A stretch of DNA of 40,586 nucleotides from Chromatiaceae bacterium (GCA_012965975.1 DTRM01000027.1:1-40586), one strand, 5' to 3'; counted from the first letter of the stretch, positions 27,606 through 37,310 are shown. The notes: generated by a model not told the origin, from the letters alone. A program made the numbers and translations.

Positions 27606-28373
27606 ATGACAACATCGAAGCACCCAATGAAGACAGTCCGTAATGCCTCTGCTGAGCCCATGTATGCGCAGATTAAAGAAGTGCTTAAACAGCGCATTTT
27701 GGATGGCGACTACGAAGTGAACGAACGCTTGCCCTCGGAAAGCGAGATGATGAAGGTGTTCGGTGTGAGTCGTATTACCGTTCGCCAAGCGGTGCGTGAC
27801 CTGCATACGGAGGGGCTGGTATTTAGCGCGCAGGGCAAAGGGACTTTCGTGTCCAGGCCAAAGGCGGTGCAGGACATTCAGCACTTGCAGGGGTTTGGCG
27901 AGGCGATGGCACCGCAAGGTTACGATACCTCGACTCGAGTGGTCGGGATCCAGGAAGTACGCGCCCCACAAGAGGTGGCAGAGGCCTTGAAGATTACGCA
28001 AAACGCCACGGTGGTTGAGTTGACGCGTATTCGGTATTTGAACCGGGAACCGATTTCTGTTGATAACAGTTTTTTCCCGATGAACATTGGTCAGTCGCTA
28101 CAGACTCGTGATTTGACCCAGGATATCTTTCCGATGTTGGAAACGGAATTTGGAGTTGGACTCGGGCATGCAGATTTAAAGATCGAAGCTATCGTCGCCA
28201 CAGCAGAGACGGCGAAACACCTGAACGTTGATAAGGATTCTGCTGTGCTTCGAATTCAACGACTGGTTTTTTCACAAGCAGGCGACCCGATTGATTTTGA
28301 GTATCTGTCCTATCGCGGCGATGCCTTCCAATATCAATTGCGGGTAGGGCGTCAGGAGCCACAGGCAGAATAA
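27606..28373 (+). CDS. GntR-family transcriptional regulator, HutC subfamily (wHTH plus UTRA effector domain)
   Basis: LPSESEMMKVFGVSRITVRQAVRDLHTEGLV is a GntR wHTH. The C-terminal ~150 aa are UTRA-like. Confidence 0.9.
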   Translation: MTTSKHPMKTVRNASAEPMYAQIKEVLKQRILDGDYEVNERLPSESEMMKVFGVSRITVRQAVRDLHTEGLVFSAQGKGTFVSRPKAVQDIQHLQGFGEAMAPQGYDTSTRVVGIQEVRAPQEVAEALKITQNATVVELTRIRYLNREPISVDNSFFPMNIGQSLQTRDLTQDIFPMLETEFGVGLGHADLKIEAIVATAETAKHLNVDKDSAVLRIQRLVFSQAGDPIDFEYLSYRGDAFQYQLRVGRQEPQAE

Positions 28374-28406
28374 TTTATTTAGGACAACTGAGTTAGGAAT
28401 ATCACT

Positions 28407-30167
28407 ATGAACGATAAAACAGATAGCAGTCATGAAGTATTAGAATTTGACGTGCTGGTTATTGGCGGCGGTACTGCGGGCCCAATGGCGGGTGTTCGCG
28501 CTAAAGAGATGAACCCAAAGCTGAGAGTGGCGGTTTTAGAGAAAGCCAACGTGAAACGTAGCGGCTGCATCAGTATGGGCATGGATGGCTTGAACAACGC
28601 CGTTATTCCGGGGCACGCGACGCCCGAACAGTATGTCAAAGAAATCACCGTTGCCAACGATGGAATTGTTAATCAAAAGACCATCATGGCCTATGCGACG
28701 CGTAGCTACGACATGATTAACACCTTGGATAAATGGGGTGTCAAGTTCGAGAAGGATGAGACCGGCGATTACAACGTCAAAAAAGTCCACCACATGGGGG
28801 CCTATGTGTTGCCAATGCCAGAAGGGCATCACATGAAAAAGATCCTTTACCGGCAGCTGCGCAAGAAACGCGTTTCGGTGATCAATCGTTTCATGGCAAC
28901 CCGTTTGTTTAAAGGTAAGGATGGTGCGATCGCCGGTGCGCATGTGGTCAACCCACGCACCGCCGAGACGGCAGTGATTAAGGCTAAAACCGTTATTCTG
29001 TGTACCGGTGCAGCGGGTCGTTTGGGGATGCCAACGTCCGGTTACCTGTTTGGTACCTACGAAAATCCAACCAATGCCGGTGATGGCTATAGCATGGCCT
29101 ATCACGTTGGCGCGGAACTCAGCGGCCTCGAGTGTTACCAGATCAACCCATTGATCAAGGATTACAACGGCCCTGCGTGTGCCTATGTGACGGGTCCTAT
29201 GGGCGGTTACACGGCCAACTCTAAGGGTGATCGCTTCATCGAGTGCGATTACTGGAGCGGCCAAATGATGCTGGAATTCTATAAGGAACTGGAAGGCGGT
29301 AACGGTCCGGTGTTCTTGAAGATCGACCACCTTGCAGAAGAAACCATTTCAGAGATCGAAGTCATTTTGCATTCCAATGAACGCCCCAGTCGGGGCCGCT
29401 TCCACGAAAATCGTGGTACCAATTATCGGGAGCGCATGGTTGAAATGCATATCTCAGAGATTGGGTTTTGCAGTGGCCACAGCGCCTCTGGTATTTGGAC
29501 GGATGAAAATGCGCGCACCACTATTCCGGGACTCTATGCGGCGGGTGATTGTGGCTCCGTGCCACACAACTACATGCTGGGTGCTTTTGTTTATGGTGCG
29601 ATCGCGGCCGAGGATGCGGTCAAATACTGTGCCGAACACGAGCAGTGTGAGATAGACAGTGCCGAGATTGCGGCTGAAAAGGCCCGTGTATTGGCGCCGT
29701 TACAGGTGAAAGATGGCATTCCGGCCGAGCAGATGGAATACAAAATTCGGCGCTTGGTCAACGACTACTTGCAACCACCCAAGGTGACTAAAAAGATGGA
29801 GATCGGCATGGAGCGCTTCGCTGAAATTCGCGCCGACTTGCCTATGTTGCAAGCGAATGATCCGCATGAATTGATGCGTGCGATGGAAGTGCACTTCATT
29901 CTTGATTGCGCCGAGATGGCGGCGACCGCGTCGATGTATCGTACCGAGAGTCGTTGGGGCTTGTATCACTACTACGTCGATCACCCCGATACCGATGATG
30001 AAAAATGGATGTGCCATGTGCAGACCAAGAAAGGTGCAGATGGTCTCCCGGAATGTAGCACGCGCCCTATTGAACCTTACATCGTAGAGTTGGATGAAGA
30101 GGAAATGAGCGCCTATAAGAAATTACGTGTCAGCGATGACGACACCACAGAAACAGCAGGAGTTTGA
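28407..30167 (+). CDS. FAD-dependent oxidoreductase resembling adenylylsulfate reductase alpha subunit (AprA-like; SdhA/FrdA superfamily)
   Basis: 586 aa with an FAD fold (DVLVIGGGTAGPMAG, LEKANVKRSG), AprA-like segments (ERPSRGRFHENRG, ISEIGFCSGHSASGIW), and a C-terminal FAD motif (IPGLYAAGDCG). Confidence 0.8.
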   Translation: MNDKTDSSHEVLEFDVLVIGGGTAGPMAGVRAKEMNPKLRVAVLEKANVKRSGCISMGMDGLNNAVIPGHATPEQYVKEITVANDGIVNQKTIMAYATRSYDMINTLDKWGVKFEKDETGDYNVKKVHHMGAYVLPMPEGHHMKKILYRQLRKKRVSVINRFMATRLFKGKDGAIAGAHVVNPRTAETAVIKAKTVILCTGAAGRLGMPTSGYLFGTYENPTNAGDGYSMAYHVGAELSGLECYQINPLIKDYNGPACAYVTGPMGGYTANSKGDRFIECDYWSGQMMLEFYKELEGGNGPVFLKIDHLAEETISEIEVILHSNERPSRGRFHENRGTNYRERMVEMHISEIGFCSGHSASGIWTDENARTTIPGLYAAGDCGSVPHNYMLGAFVYGAIAAEDAVKYCAEHEQCEIDSAEIAAEKARVLAPLQVKDGIPAEQMEYKIRRLVNDYLQPPKVTKKMEIGMERFAEIRADLPMLQANDPHELMRAMEVHFILDCAEMAATASMYRTESRWGLYHYYVDHPDTDDEKWMCHVQTKKGADGLPECSTRPIEPYIVELDEEEMSAYKKLRVSDDDTTETAGV

Positions 30168-30168
30168 C

Positions 30169-30402
30169 ATGCCATTAATTCAAAGTAGCAGCCGCGCGCC
30201 GGTTACCATTAATTCCGAGGCTTGCATCGCCGACAAGGGTTGTACCGTTTGTGTTGATGTCTGCCCGTTAGACCTGTTGGTCATTGATATGGCCAATGGT
30301 ACTGCGGTCATGAAGTACGACGAATGCTGGTACTGTCTACCGTGCGAATTGGACTGTCCCACCGATGCAGTCAGCGTCGAAATTCCCTACCTATTGAAAT
30401 AA
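30169..30402 (+). CDS. small 2x[4Fe-4S] ferredoxin resembling the N-terminal ferredoxin domain of AprB (lacks the AprB C-terminal tail)
   Basis: 77 aa with CIADKGCTVCVDVCPLDLLVID...ECWYCLPCELDCPTDAV (compare AprB ...ICPNDLM..D...CWECYSCVK.CPQGAI). An AGGAG SD precedes ATG 30169, which lies 1 nt after the flavoprotein stop. Confidence 0.8.
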   Translation: MPLIQSSSRAPVTINSEACIADKGCTVCVDVCPLDLLVIDMANGTAVMKYDECWYCLPCELDCPTDAVSVEIPYLLK

Positions 30403-30415
30403 GCAGGAGTATTCC

Positions 30416-31378
30416 ATGGCGATTAGTTTTGATGAAGGCTTAGACCTGGATGAGGTTTTGGAAAACCTCAGTGATGCCGATGCTGGCGTGCGCAGAGTCG
30501 CAGTGATGGAGCTTCGCGAGTTGGATGAGGACGATGCCATTCCACTGGCAGTCAAGGCCTTGTCCGACAGCGATGCCAATGTGCGCAAAGAGGCGGCGCA
30601 GGTGATGGATGAGTTTGAAGGTGCCGAGACCATTCAGGCGTTGGTGGGTGCATTGGCCGATAGCGATGAGGGTGTGCGTACCACGGCCGCTGCAGTGCTG
30701 GCCGAGACCCAGGATCCGACCGCGGGGCCAATTTTGATGCAGGGAGTGGGCAGCACCAATATCTTCGTCAAGGCTGCTAGCCTGCATGGCTTGCGGGGGT
30801 TGCGACTGGCTGAATCCGAACCCCTTGCGTTGGAGAATTTAGAGCACGCCGAACCGACGGTGCGGCGCGAGTCCGTTGGGGTACTGGCCTATCTTAAGAG
30901 TGTGTCGATACTGCCGGTCTTGATGAACACGGCGGCCAACGACAGCGATGAAAACGTCCGACGCGCGGCGATCGGCTCACTGGTTTATTGTCCGGATGAT
31001 CAAGTCACCGAAACGCTGACTAAGGGTTTGAGTGATGACAATTGGCTGGTGCGTGAAGAGTCCGCTTTTGTGCTGGGTAAGATTGCACCGACCTCGGCGG
31101 TCAACGCACTCATCGATGCCATGAGTGATGAGTATTGGCAGGTTCGGGTGAAGACGGCAGCCGCGTTGGGCAAGCTCAAAGATCCGGCTGCGGTCGATGT
31201 GCTGGGTCAGGCATTGTCATACAACATCAGCAACCTACGCAAAGAATCTGCGGCGGCGCTTGGCGAGATCAAGTCACCCAACGCATTACCGTTCCTGCAG
31301 GTTGCTACTGAAGATGTGGATCCCGATGTGCGTAAGATCGCGCAATGGGCCATTGACCAGATTAATAAAGGAGACTAG
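30416..31378 (+). CDS. HEAT-repeat (PBS-lyase HEAT-like) protein
   Basis: 320 aa made of about 9-10 tandem ~30-aa repeats of the type D.D..VR..AA.ALG......A...L...L.D. Confidence 0.85.
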   Translation: MAISFDEGLDLDEVLENLSDADAGVRRVAVMELRELDEDDAIPLAVKALSDSDANVRKEAAQVMDEFEGAETIQALVGALADSDEGVRTTAAAVLAETQDPTAGPILMQGVGSTNIFVKAASLHGLRGLRLAESEPLALENLEHAEPTVRRESVGVLAYLKSVSILPVLMNTAANDSDENVRRAAIGSLVYCPDDQVTETLTKGLSDDNWLVREESAFVLGKIAPTSAVNALIDAMSDEYWQVRVKTAAALGKLKDPAAVDVLGQALSYNISNLRKESAAALGEIKSPNALPFLQVATEDVDPDVRKIAQWAIDQINKGD

Positions 31379-31380
31379 CT

Positions 31381-31707
31381 GTGGCGTTTATCGTTGGTGA
31401 TGGCTGCATACGTTGTAAATACACCGATTGTGTTGATGTCTGTCCGGTGGAAGATTGTTTCCGGGTAGGTCCAAACTTTCTGGTGATCGATCCGGTCACC
31501 TGTATCGATTGCACGCTCTGTGTGCCGGAGTGTCCTGCCGAGGCTATCTTTGCAGAGAAGGATGTGCCGGAGGATCAGCAGGAATTCATTGCATTGAATG
31601 CGGAGCTGGCCAAGGTATGGCCCGGTATCAATGACCCGATTGACCCCTTGGAAGATGCCGATGACTGGGTCGACGAAAAAGCTAAGCTCCAGTATCTGGA
31701 ACGTTAG
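31381..31707 (+). CDS. fdxA: 7Fe ferredoxin, Azotobacter FdI type ([3Fe-4S][4Fe-4S])
   Basis: 108 aa with a GTG start. AFIVGDGCIRCKYTDCVDVCPVEDCF..GPNFLVIDP..CIDCTLCVPECPAEAIFAE.DVPEDQQEFIALNAELAKVWP is near-collinear with Azotobacter/Pseudomonas FdxA. Confidence 0.9.
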   Translation: MAFIVGDGCIRCKYTDCVDVCPVEDCFRVGPNFLVIDPVTCIDCTLCVPECPAEAIFAEKDVPEDQQEFIALNAELAKVWPGINDPIDPLEDADDWVDEKAKLQYLER

Positions 31708-31734
31708 GCTTCTATCGGGTTTTGAGATTGCGTT

Positions 31735-32310
31735 ATGGGTGAGTACCTGACACTGCTGTTTGCCACTATTTTTGTTAACAATATGGTGTTGTCCCGGTTT
31801 CTGGGGCTGTGCCCCTTTATGGGTGTGTCGAAGAAACTGGAGCCCGCCATCGGCATGGGTTTAGCCACTGCGTTCGTGTTGACACTGGCCTCCGTGTGTA
31901 GCTATCTGGCCAATGAATATCTGTTGCAGCCGTTCGGACTCGAGTATCTGAAGACCGTCACCTTTATTTTGGTCATCGCGGTCATTGTTCAGGGCACTGA
32001 GATGGTGTTGCGCAAGACCAGCCCGCTATTGCACAGCGTATTGGGTATCTATCTACCCTTGATCACCACCAACTGTGCGGTATTGGGCATCGCACTGCTG
32101 AATGTCCAGGAAGACAACAATTTTGTTCGTTCGGCGTTGTATGGTTTTGGTGGTGCAACAGGTTTTACATTGGTGATGGTGTTGTTTGCATCCATTCGTG
32201 AGCGTCTGGAACTGGCAGATGTCCCTGAATCTTTTCGCGGTGCGCCGATTGCCTTGATGACGGCCGGATTGATGTCGGTAGCCTTCATGGGCTTTGCCGG
32301 CATGGCCTAG
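31735..32310 (+). CDS. rnfA: Rnf/Rsx electron transport complex subunit A
   Basis: 191 aa, collinear with E. coli RsxA ([35 protein letters not shown]). Confidence 0.93.
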   Translation: MGEYLTLLFATIFVNNMVLSRFLGLCPFMGVSKKLEPAIGMGLATAFVLTLASVCSYLANEYLLQPFGLEYLKTVTFILVIAVIVQGTEMVLRKTSPLLHSVLGIYLPLITTNCAVLGIALLNVQEDNNFVRSALYGFGGATGFTLVMVLFASIRERLELADVPESFRGAPIALMTAGLMSVAFMGFAGMA

Positions 32311-32321
32311 GGAGTAGCCGC

Positions 32322-32876
32322 GTGTCAGTGTTATTGCTTACCGCCCTTGCTTTGGCTTTTGGAGTTTTCCTTGGCTTTGTCGCGATCAAATTCCGCGTGG
32401 AAGGTGATCCCATTGTCGAAAAAATCGATACCCTGTTACCCCAAACCCAATGTGGTCAGTGTGGTTATCCGGGCTGTCGTCCCTATGCCGAGGCCATTGC
32501 CAGCGAAGAGGCCGAAATCAATCAATGCCCACCCGGTGGTGAGGCCGGTGTTCAGGCGCTGGCCGAACTGCTAGGTAAAGAGCCGATGCCGCTGAACCCG
32601 GACAACGGGGTTGCCGAAGAGGGTCCGGCAATGCTGGCGCTGATCGATGAAGAGACCTGCATCGGTTGCACCAAGTGTGTGCAGATTTGTCCAGTCGACG
32701 CGATTTCTGGCGCTCCAGGTTTTATGCATACGGTACTGGATGTTTATTGCACCGGTTGCGAGCTGTGTCTGCCACCCCTATGTCCTGTTGACGACTGCAT
32801 CATTATGGTTCCGGTGGAGGCCAACATCAGGACTTGGAAATGGTCAAACCCTGAGGCCGTGGGTGCGGTTCTGTGA
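32322..32876 (+). CDS. rnfB: Rnf/Rsx complex subunit B (Fe-S)
   Basis: It has an N-terminal anchor, the [16 protein letters not shown] cluster, and two ferredoxin motifs ([16 protein letters not shown]; [18 protein letters not shown]). The second motif has one extra residue before the CP compared with E. coli RsxB. GTG start. Confidence 0.9.
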   Translation: MSVLLLTALALAFGVFLGFVAIKFRVEGDPIVEKIDTLLPQTQCGQCGYPGCRPYAEAIASEEAEINQCPPGGEAGVQALAELLGKEPMPLNPDNGVAEEGPAMLALIDEETCIGCTKCVQICPVDAISGAPGFMHTVLDVYCTGCELCLPPLCPVDDCIIMVPVEANIRTWKWSNPEAVGAVL

Positions 32877-34429
32877 ACAAGCTGTGGCGATTCAATGGTG
32901 GGGTTAAACTCAGTGGTTTCAAGTCGTTGTCTAATGCCGCTGGGGTAAAGCGTCCGCCGCTGCCTAAACGGCTATATTTACCGCTGCAACAGCATATCGG
33001 CGCACCGGCAGAAGCCCTGGTGGAGGTAGGTGATAAAGTTTACAAAGGGCAGTTGATCGCGGCGTCGAGTTCGTTTATCAGTGCGCCCGTACATGCGTCC
33101 TCTTCAGGCACGGTTGTCGAACTCAAAAAACATATCATCGCGCACCCCTCCGGTATTGCGGAAGACTGCATTGTCATTGAGACCGATGGCAAAGATGAAT
33201 GGCACTCCTCTATCAGTGCATTATCGAATCCCGATGCACTGGATCTTGATGAACTCAGAAGCCGTATCAGTGAGGCCGGAGTCGTTGGTCTGGGCGGCGC
33301 GGTGTTTCCCTCTGGCGCCAAGCTAAAACCTACTCGGAGCATCGATACACTGGTTATCAACGGTGCGGAGTGTGAGCCCTATATAACGTGCGATGATCGT
33401 CTTATGCGCACGCGTCCTCGAGAGATTATTCGAGGGCTGTTGCTGCTCAGGCGTCTGGTCAACCCCACCGAATGCATCATCGCGGTGGAAGACAATAAAC
33501 CCGAAGCGGTCCAGCATTTACGACGGGCCATTGATGAATTGAAGTCAGAAGGCATTGGCAGTGTTAGCACGGTGCGGGTGGTGGCTGTGCCTACCCTGTT
33601 TCCTGCGGGCGGTGAGAAACAACTCATCAAGGTGCTGACCGGAAAGGCAGTCCCTCAGCGAGGGTTACCCTATGAGGTAGGGGTGGTGTGTCTCAACGTG
33701 GGCACCACCGCTGCAGTCTATGATGCCATCTATGAGGGCAAACCGCTGATATCGCGGTTAGTCACCATCACCGGCCCCAATGTAAAGCATGCCGCCAACT
33801 ACGAAGTGCCCATCGGGACGCCGGTGCAGCACATGCTGGATATTGCCGGCGCTGATGATACGGGGGGTGGCGAACAGAATCGACTGATCATGGGTGGCCC
33901 GATGATGGGGCACGTTCTGCCGAATGCGCAAGTGCCAGTGGTCAAGGCGACCAATTGTATCCTGGTGGAACCTAAGGCCGATGTCGTTCCGACCACTGCC
34001 ATGCCGTGTATCCGCTGTGGCAGCTGCGCCGACGTCTGCCCCATGCATCTGTTACCGCAACAACTCTATTGGCACGCACGCGGCAAGGCATTTGATAAGC
34101 TGGATCATCACAATTTGGCCGATTGTATCGAGTGTGGTTGTTGTGCGGTCGCGTGCCCGTCGAAAATTCCATTGGTGCACTATTTCCGTTTTGCTAAAAC
34201 TGAAAAGAAAGAGTTTGATGCCAAGGCGATTTTTGCTGACCAGTCCCGCGTGCGCATGCAAATTCGCGAGGCTCGTATCGCACAGCGCGAGCGCGAACTG
34301 GAAGAACGCAAGGCGAAACGTAAGGCAGATCGTTTGAAAAAGAAAAAGGCGAAAGCCGCCGCTGCTGCCGCCAGCGCAAACGCTTCGGTCGATGATCAAG
34401 ATCAGGCCTCTAACGGAGTATCGGTCTGA
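32873..34429 (+). CDS. rnfC: Rnf/Rsx complex subunit C (NADH/FMN-binding, 2x[4Fe-4S])
   Basis: 518 aa with [36 protein letters not shown] and [12 protein letters not shown], plus a Lys/Ala-rich C-terminal tail. GTG 32873 overlaps the rnfB stop. Confidence 0.9.
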   Translation: MNKLWRFNGGVKLSGFKSLSNAAGVKRPPLPKRLYLPLQQHIGAPAEALVEVGDKVYKGQLIAASSSFISAPVHASSSGTVVELKKHIIAHPSGIAEDCIVIETDGKDEWHSSISALSNPDALDLDELRSRISEAGVVGLGGAVFPSGAKLKPTRSIDTLVINGAECEPYITCDDRLMRTRPREIIRGLLLLRRLVNPTECIIAVEDNKPEAVQHLRRAIDELKSEGIGSVSTVRVVAVPTLFPAGGEKQLIKVLTGKAVPQRGLPYEVGVVCLNVGTTAAVYDAIYEGKPLISRLVTITGPNVKHAANYEVPIGTPVQHMLDIAGADDTGGGEQNRLIMGGPMMGHVLPNAQVPVVKATNCILVEPKADVVPTTAMPCIRCGSCADVCPMHLLPQQLYWHARGKAFDKLDHHNLADCIECGCCAVACPSKIPLVHYFRFAKTEKKEFDAKAIFADQSRVRMQIREARIAQRERELEERKAKRKADRLKKKKAKAAAAAASANASVDDQDQASNGVSV

Positions 34430-35487
34430 TGTCTGATAACGCCTCAACGTCTCAAGCGACCTCACCCTTTGTACCGTCGAGTACCTCAGTGGGCGCAGTC
34501 ATGCGCAAGGTTATCTATGCGCTGATCCCTGGGGTGGTTCTCTATATGATTTTGTTTGGTTGGGGCATCGTCATTAACATTATATTGGCCAGTGTTAGCG
34601 CGTTGCTGTTTGAAGCCATCATGTTGATGGTGCGTGGCCGCCCGTTGCGCATGTTTCTGTTCGACGGGAGTGCTGTGGTGACCGCTATACTCCTGACGCT
34701 GGCACTGCCGCCGATGCTGTCGTGGTGGATTCCGGTACTCGGCAGCTTCTTTGCCATTGTGGTAGCGAAACATCTTTACGGTGGTTTGGGTTATAACCCC
34801 TTTAATCCGGCCATGATGGCCTATGCGATTTTGTTGGTGTCCTTTCCATTACAACTTAGCCTATGGGCCGGGCCATTGGACCTCATTGCACAGCCGCTGA
34901 CCTTTGTCGAAACGTTGAATTACTCGTTGTTTCATCAGTTACCGGGTGCAATGGCTTTTGATAGTCTTACCGCTGCTACGCCACTGGATTATCTACGCAC
35001 TCAGGTAGGTCTCGGTCAAACAGTAGAAGCGATCACGCGTGCGCCGATATTTGGTTTGCTGGGTGGGCAGGGTATGGAGTGGGTCAATAGCGCATTTCTG
35101 CTGGGTGGTCTCTGGTTGTTGTATATGCGCATCATAAGTTGGCATATACCGGTGGCGGTGCTGGCATCCATCGGTTCGATCTCTGGTCTCGCCTATTTTC
35201 TCGACCCTGCGGTCTTCGCGAATCCATCGGTTCATCTGTGGGGCGGAGCGAGTATCCTTTGCGCATTTTTCATCGCCACCGATCCGATTACTGCATCGAC
35301 GACCCCTTTAGGGCGGATTATTTACGGCCTAGGTATCGGTGGTCTGACCTTCGCTATTCGGACATGGGGCGGTTATCCCGATGGGGTTGCGTTCGCGGTG
35401 TTGCTAATGGGCCTAGTCGTTCCCTTGCTTGATCATTACACGGTGCCCAAGGTATTTGGTGCAAGGACTGACCGTGGCAATCAGTAG
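34429..35487 (+). CDS. rnfD: Rnf/Rsx complex subunit D
   Basis: 352 aa, polytopic, NqrB/RnfD-like (GGLGYNPFNPAM, TAATPLD flavinylation-region equivalent, ATDP.T). Its ATG overlaps the rnfC stop by 1 nt. Confidence 0.9.
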   Translation: MSDNASTSQATSPFVPSSTSVGAVMRKVIYALIPGVVLYMILFGWGIVINIILASVSALLFEAIMLMVRGRPLRMFLFDGSAVVTAILLTLALPPMLSWWIPVLGSFFAIVVAKHLYGGLGYNPFNPAMMAYAILLVSFPLQLSLWAGPLDLIAQPLTFVETLNYSLFHQLPGAMAFDSLTAATPLDYLRTQVGLGQTVEAITRAPIFGLLGGQGMEWVNSAFLLGGLWLLYMRIISWHIPVAVLASIGSISGLAYFLDPAVFANPSVHLWGGASILCAFFIATDPITASTTPLGRIIYGLGIGGLTFAIRTWGGYPDGVAFAVLLMGLVVPLLDHYTVPKVFGARTDRGNQ

Positions 35488-36148
35488 CGAGCACAAAGGT
35501 ATGGTTGTTGCCGGCTGGCTACTGGCCGTCTCGGCGTTATTGGGAACGGGTCTATTGGCGGTCGTCAATCAGCACTCCGAACCTTATATCGCAGAAAATG
35601 AACGCATAATGCTACTTCGCAGCTTGAACGAAGTGGTGCCCATAGAAAGCTATGACAATGAGATCTTGGAGGACCAAATGATGGTCCTGGCCCCCGAGTA
35701 TCTGGGTAGCAAGAAAGCCTCAATCGTCTACCGCGCAAGAAAGGCGGGCAAGCCGGTCGCAGTGGTACTGACCGTGGTCGCACCGAATGGTTACAGTGGC
35801 CCCATCGTGTTATTGGTCGGCATAGATTATAGCGGCGATATCACCGGAGTGCGGGTGGTTAAACATCGCGAAACGCCGGGTCTTGGCGACGCCATCGAGA
35901 TTGAACGCAGTGACTGGATAGAAAGGTTCACTGGAAAATCGCGCCGTAACCCGGGCAGAGCAGGTTGGAAGGTGAAGCGAGACGGCGGTGAATTCGATCA
36001 ACTGACCGGTGCAACGATTACGCCGAGGGCTGTGGTCGCTGCGGTTTCTGGTGCGCTCGAGTATTTTGAACACAATAGAGACAATCTGTTTATCTCGAAC
36101 GCTGAAATTCAGGCGCGAGACGAAGAAGCAAAGGGCCTACAGCAATAG
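35474..36148 (+). CDS. rnfG: Rnf/Rsx complex subunit G (FMN-binding)
   Basis: It has an N-terminal TM segment and the FMN_bind motif HRETPGLGD ... [14 protein letters not shown]. The start is uncertain: GTG 35474 is preferred, ATG 35501 is possible, and ORF start 35429 overlaps rnfD by 59 nt. Confidence 0.85.
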   Translation: MAISSEHKGMVVAGWLLAVSALLGTGLLAVVNQHSEPYIAENERIMLLRSLNEVVPIESYDNEILEDQMMVLAPEYLGSKKASIVYRARKAGKPVAVVLTVVAPNGYSGPIVLLVGIDYSGDITGVRVVKHRETPGLGDAIEIERSDWIERFTGKSRRNPGRAGWKVKRDGGEFDQLTGATITPRAVVAAVSGALEYFEHNRDNLFISNAEIQARDEEAKGLQQ

Positions 36149-36165
36149 GTCATGGAGAATTTAGC

Positions 36166-36861
36166 ATGAGTGACAATGTATACGGCGACATCGTAACAAA
36201 TGGTCTGTGGACCAATAACCAAGCCTTGGTGGCGTTACTCGGTCTTTGTCCGTTGCTGGCAGTATCGTCAACCGCCATCAACGGTCTGGGTTTGGGCGTT
36301 GCGACCATGGCGACCCTGACACTGACCAACCTGATTGTGGCGTCCATCCGGCGATGGATTTTGCAGGAGATTCGCATCCCTATGTTTGTGATCATCATTG
36401 CCTGCGTGGTGACCGCTATCGAATTATTAATGAACGCCCATCTGCACGACCTCTATCGTGTATTGGGAATATTCGTGCCGTTGATCGTCACTAACTGCGC
36501 GATCATTGGCCGTGCCGAAGCCTTTGCATCGAAAAATAATGTCGTCCGCTCAACGCTGGATGGATTGGTTATGGGGCTGGGTTTTGCACTGGTGCTGGTA
36601 TTCCTGGGGATCATCCGCGAGATACTCGGCTATGGCACTATTTTTCGCGGTGCAGAGCTGATGCTCGGTCCTTGGGCATCGGATCTGACGATAACCCTCG
36701 CCAGTAACTACGACGGTTTGTTGCTTGCCATATTACCGCCCGGTGCGTTTATGGCGCTGGCCGTGATTATCGCACTGAAGAACAAGATTGATCGTGTGCA
36801 GCAGAGACGTAGTGCAAACGCAGTTTCTGTAGCGGTACCCCTGCAGTCATCGCGGGCCTAG
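36166..36861 (+). CDS. rnfE: Rnf/Rsx complex subunit E
   Basis: 231 aa, collinear with E. coli RsxE ([39 protein letters not shown]). Confidence 0.93.
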   Translation: MSDNVYGDIVTNGLWTNNQALVALLGLCPLLAVSSTAINGLGLGVATMATLTLTNLIVASIRRWILQEIRIPMFVIIIACVVTAIELLMNAHLHDLYRVLGIFVPLIVTNCAIIGRAEAFASKNNVVRSTLDGLVMGLGFALVLVFLGIIREILGYGTIFRGAELMLGPWASDLTITLASNYDGLLLAILPPGAFMALAVIIALKNKIDRVQQRRSANAVSVAVPLQSSRA

Positions 36862-36863
36862 TC

Positions 36864-37310
36864 ATGATCGAAGAACAGGCATTGGTCATCGCGGTGGAGA
36901 AGGGTGCGGTTGTTGTCCAGACCCAGCGGGCATCAACCTGTGGCAGTTGTGCGACAAAACAGGGTTGTGGCACATCGGCGCTGGCTAAGGGAATGGGCAA
37001 GGGATACACGGAGTTACGGGTTGTGTCAGATTTGGATGTTAATGTCGGTGATACAGTGATTCTGGCGATCGATGAATCGTCGTTGCTTAAAGGTGCTGTG
37101 TTTGTCTACTTGTTGCCGTTGATCGCCATGATCCTGGGGGGTATCACGGGCGACTATTGTGCAAATCTGTTCGCCTTGAATAGCGAATGGCTCAGCATTG
37201 TTTTCGGTGTTGCAGGGCTCGTCGGCAGCTTGTTGTTGATACGTCTAAATCCGTATGCGCATCGATTTCAACAACAAATTCAACCAAGGATGGTGTGCAG
37301 GAAGTATTAA
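36864..37310 (+). CDS. rseC: RseC/MucC-family protein (SoxR-reducing system component)
   Basis: 148 aa with the N-terminal domain carrying CGSC....GCG (QRASTCGSCATKQGCGTS) followed by two TM helices. It starts 2 nt after rnfE. Confidence 0.8.
   Translation: MIEEQALVIAVEKGAVVVQTQRASTCGSCATKQGCGTSALAKGMGKGYTELRVVSDLDVNVGDTVILAIDESSLLKGAVFVYLLPLIAMILGGITGDYCANLFALNSEWLSIVFGVAGLVGSLLLIRLNPYAHRFQQQIQPRMVCRKY

Noticed and set aside
28536-29330. A 264-aa minus-strand ORF inside the AprA-like gene.
   Set aside because: It is an antisense shadow ORF with a low-complexity, His/Arg/Val-rich translation and no family resemblance.
28407-30402. Calling this pair a genuine adenylylsulfate (APS) reductase, aprAB.
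   Set aside because: The gene order is A-then-B rather than the canonical aprB-aprA. The small subunit lacks the AprB C-terminal tail. No sat, aprM or qmo genes are nearby. Only an AprAB-like label is justified without phylogeny.
35429-35473. The longest-ORF start for rnfG (MIITRCPRYLVQGLT...).
   Set aside because: It would overlap rnfD by 59 nt and add non-conserved residues. GTG 35474 or ATG 35501, just before the TM anchor, fits RnfG better.
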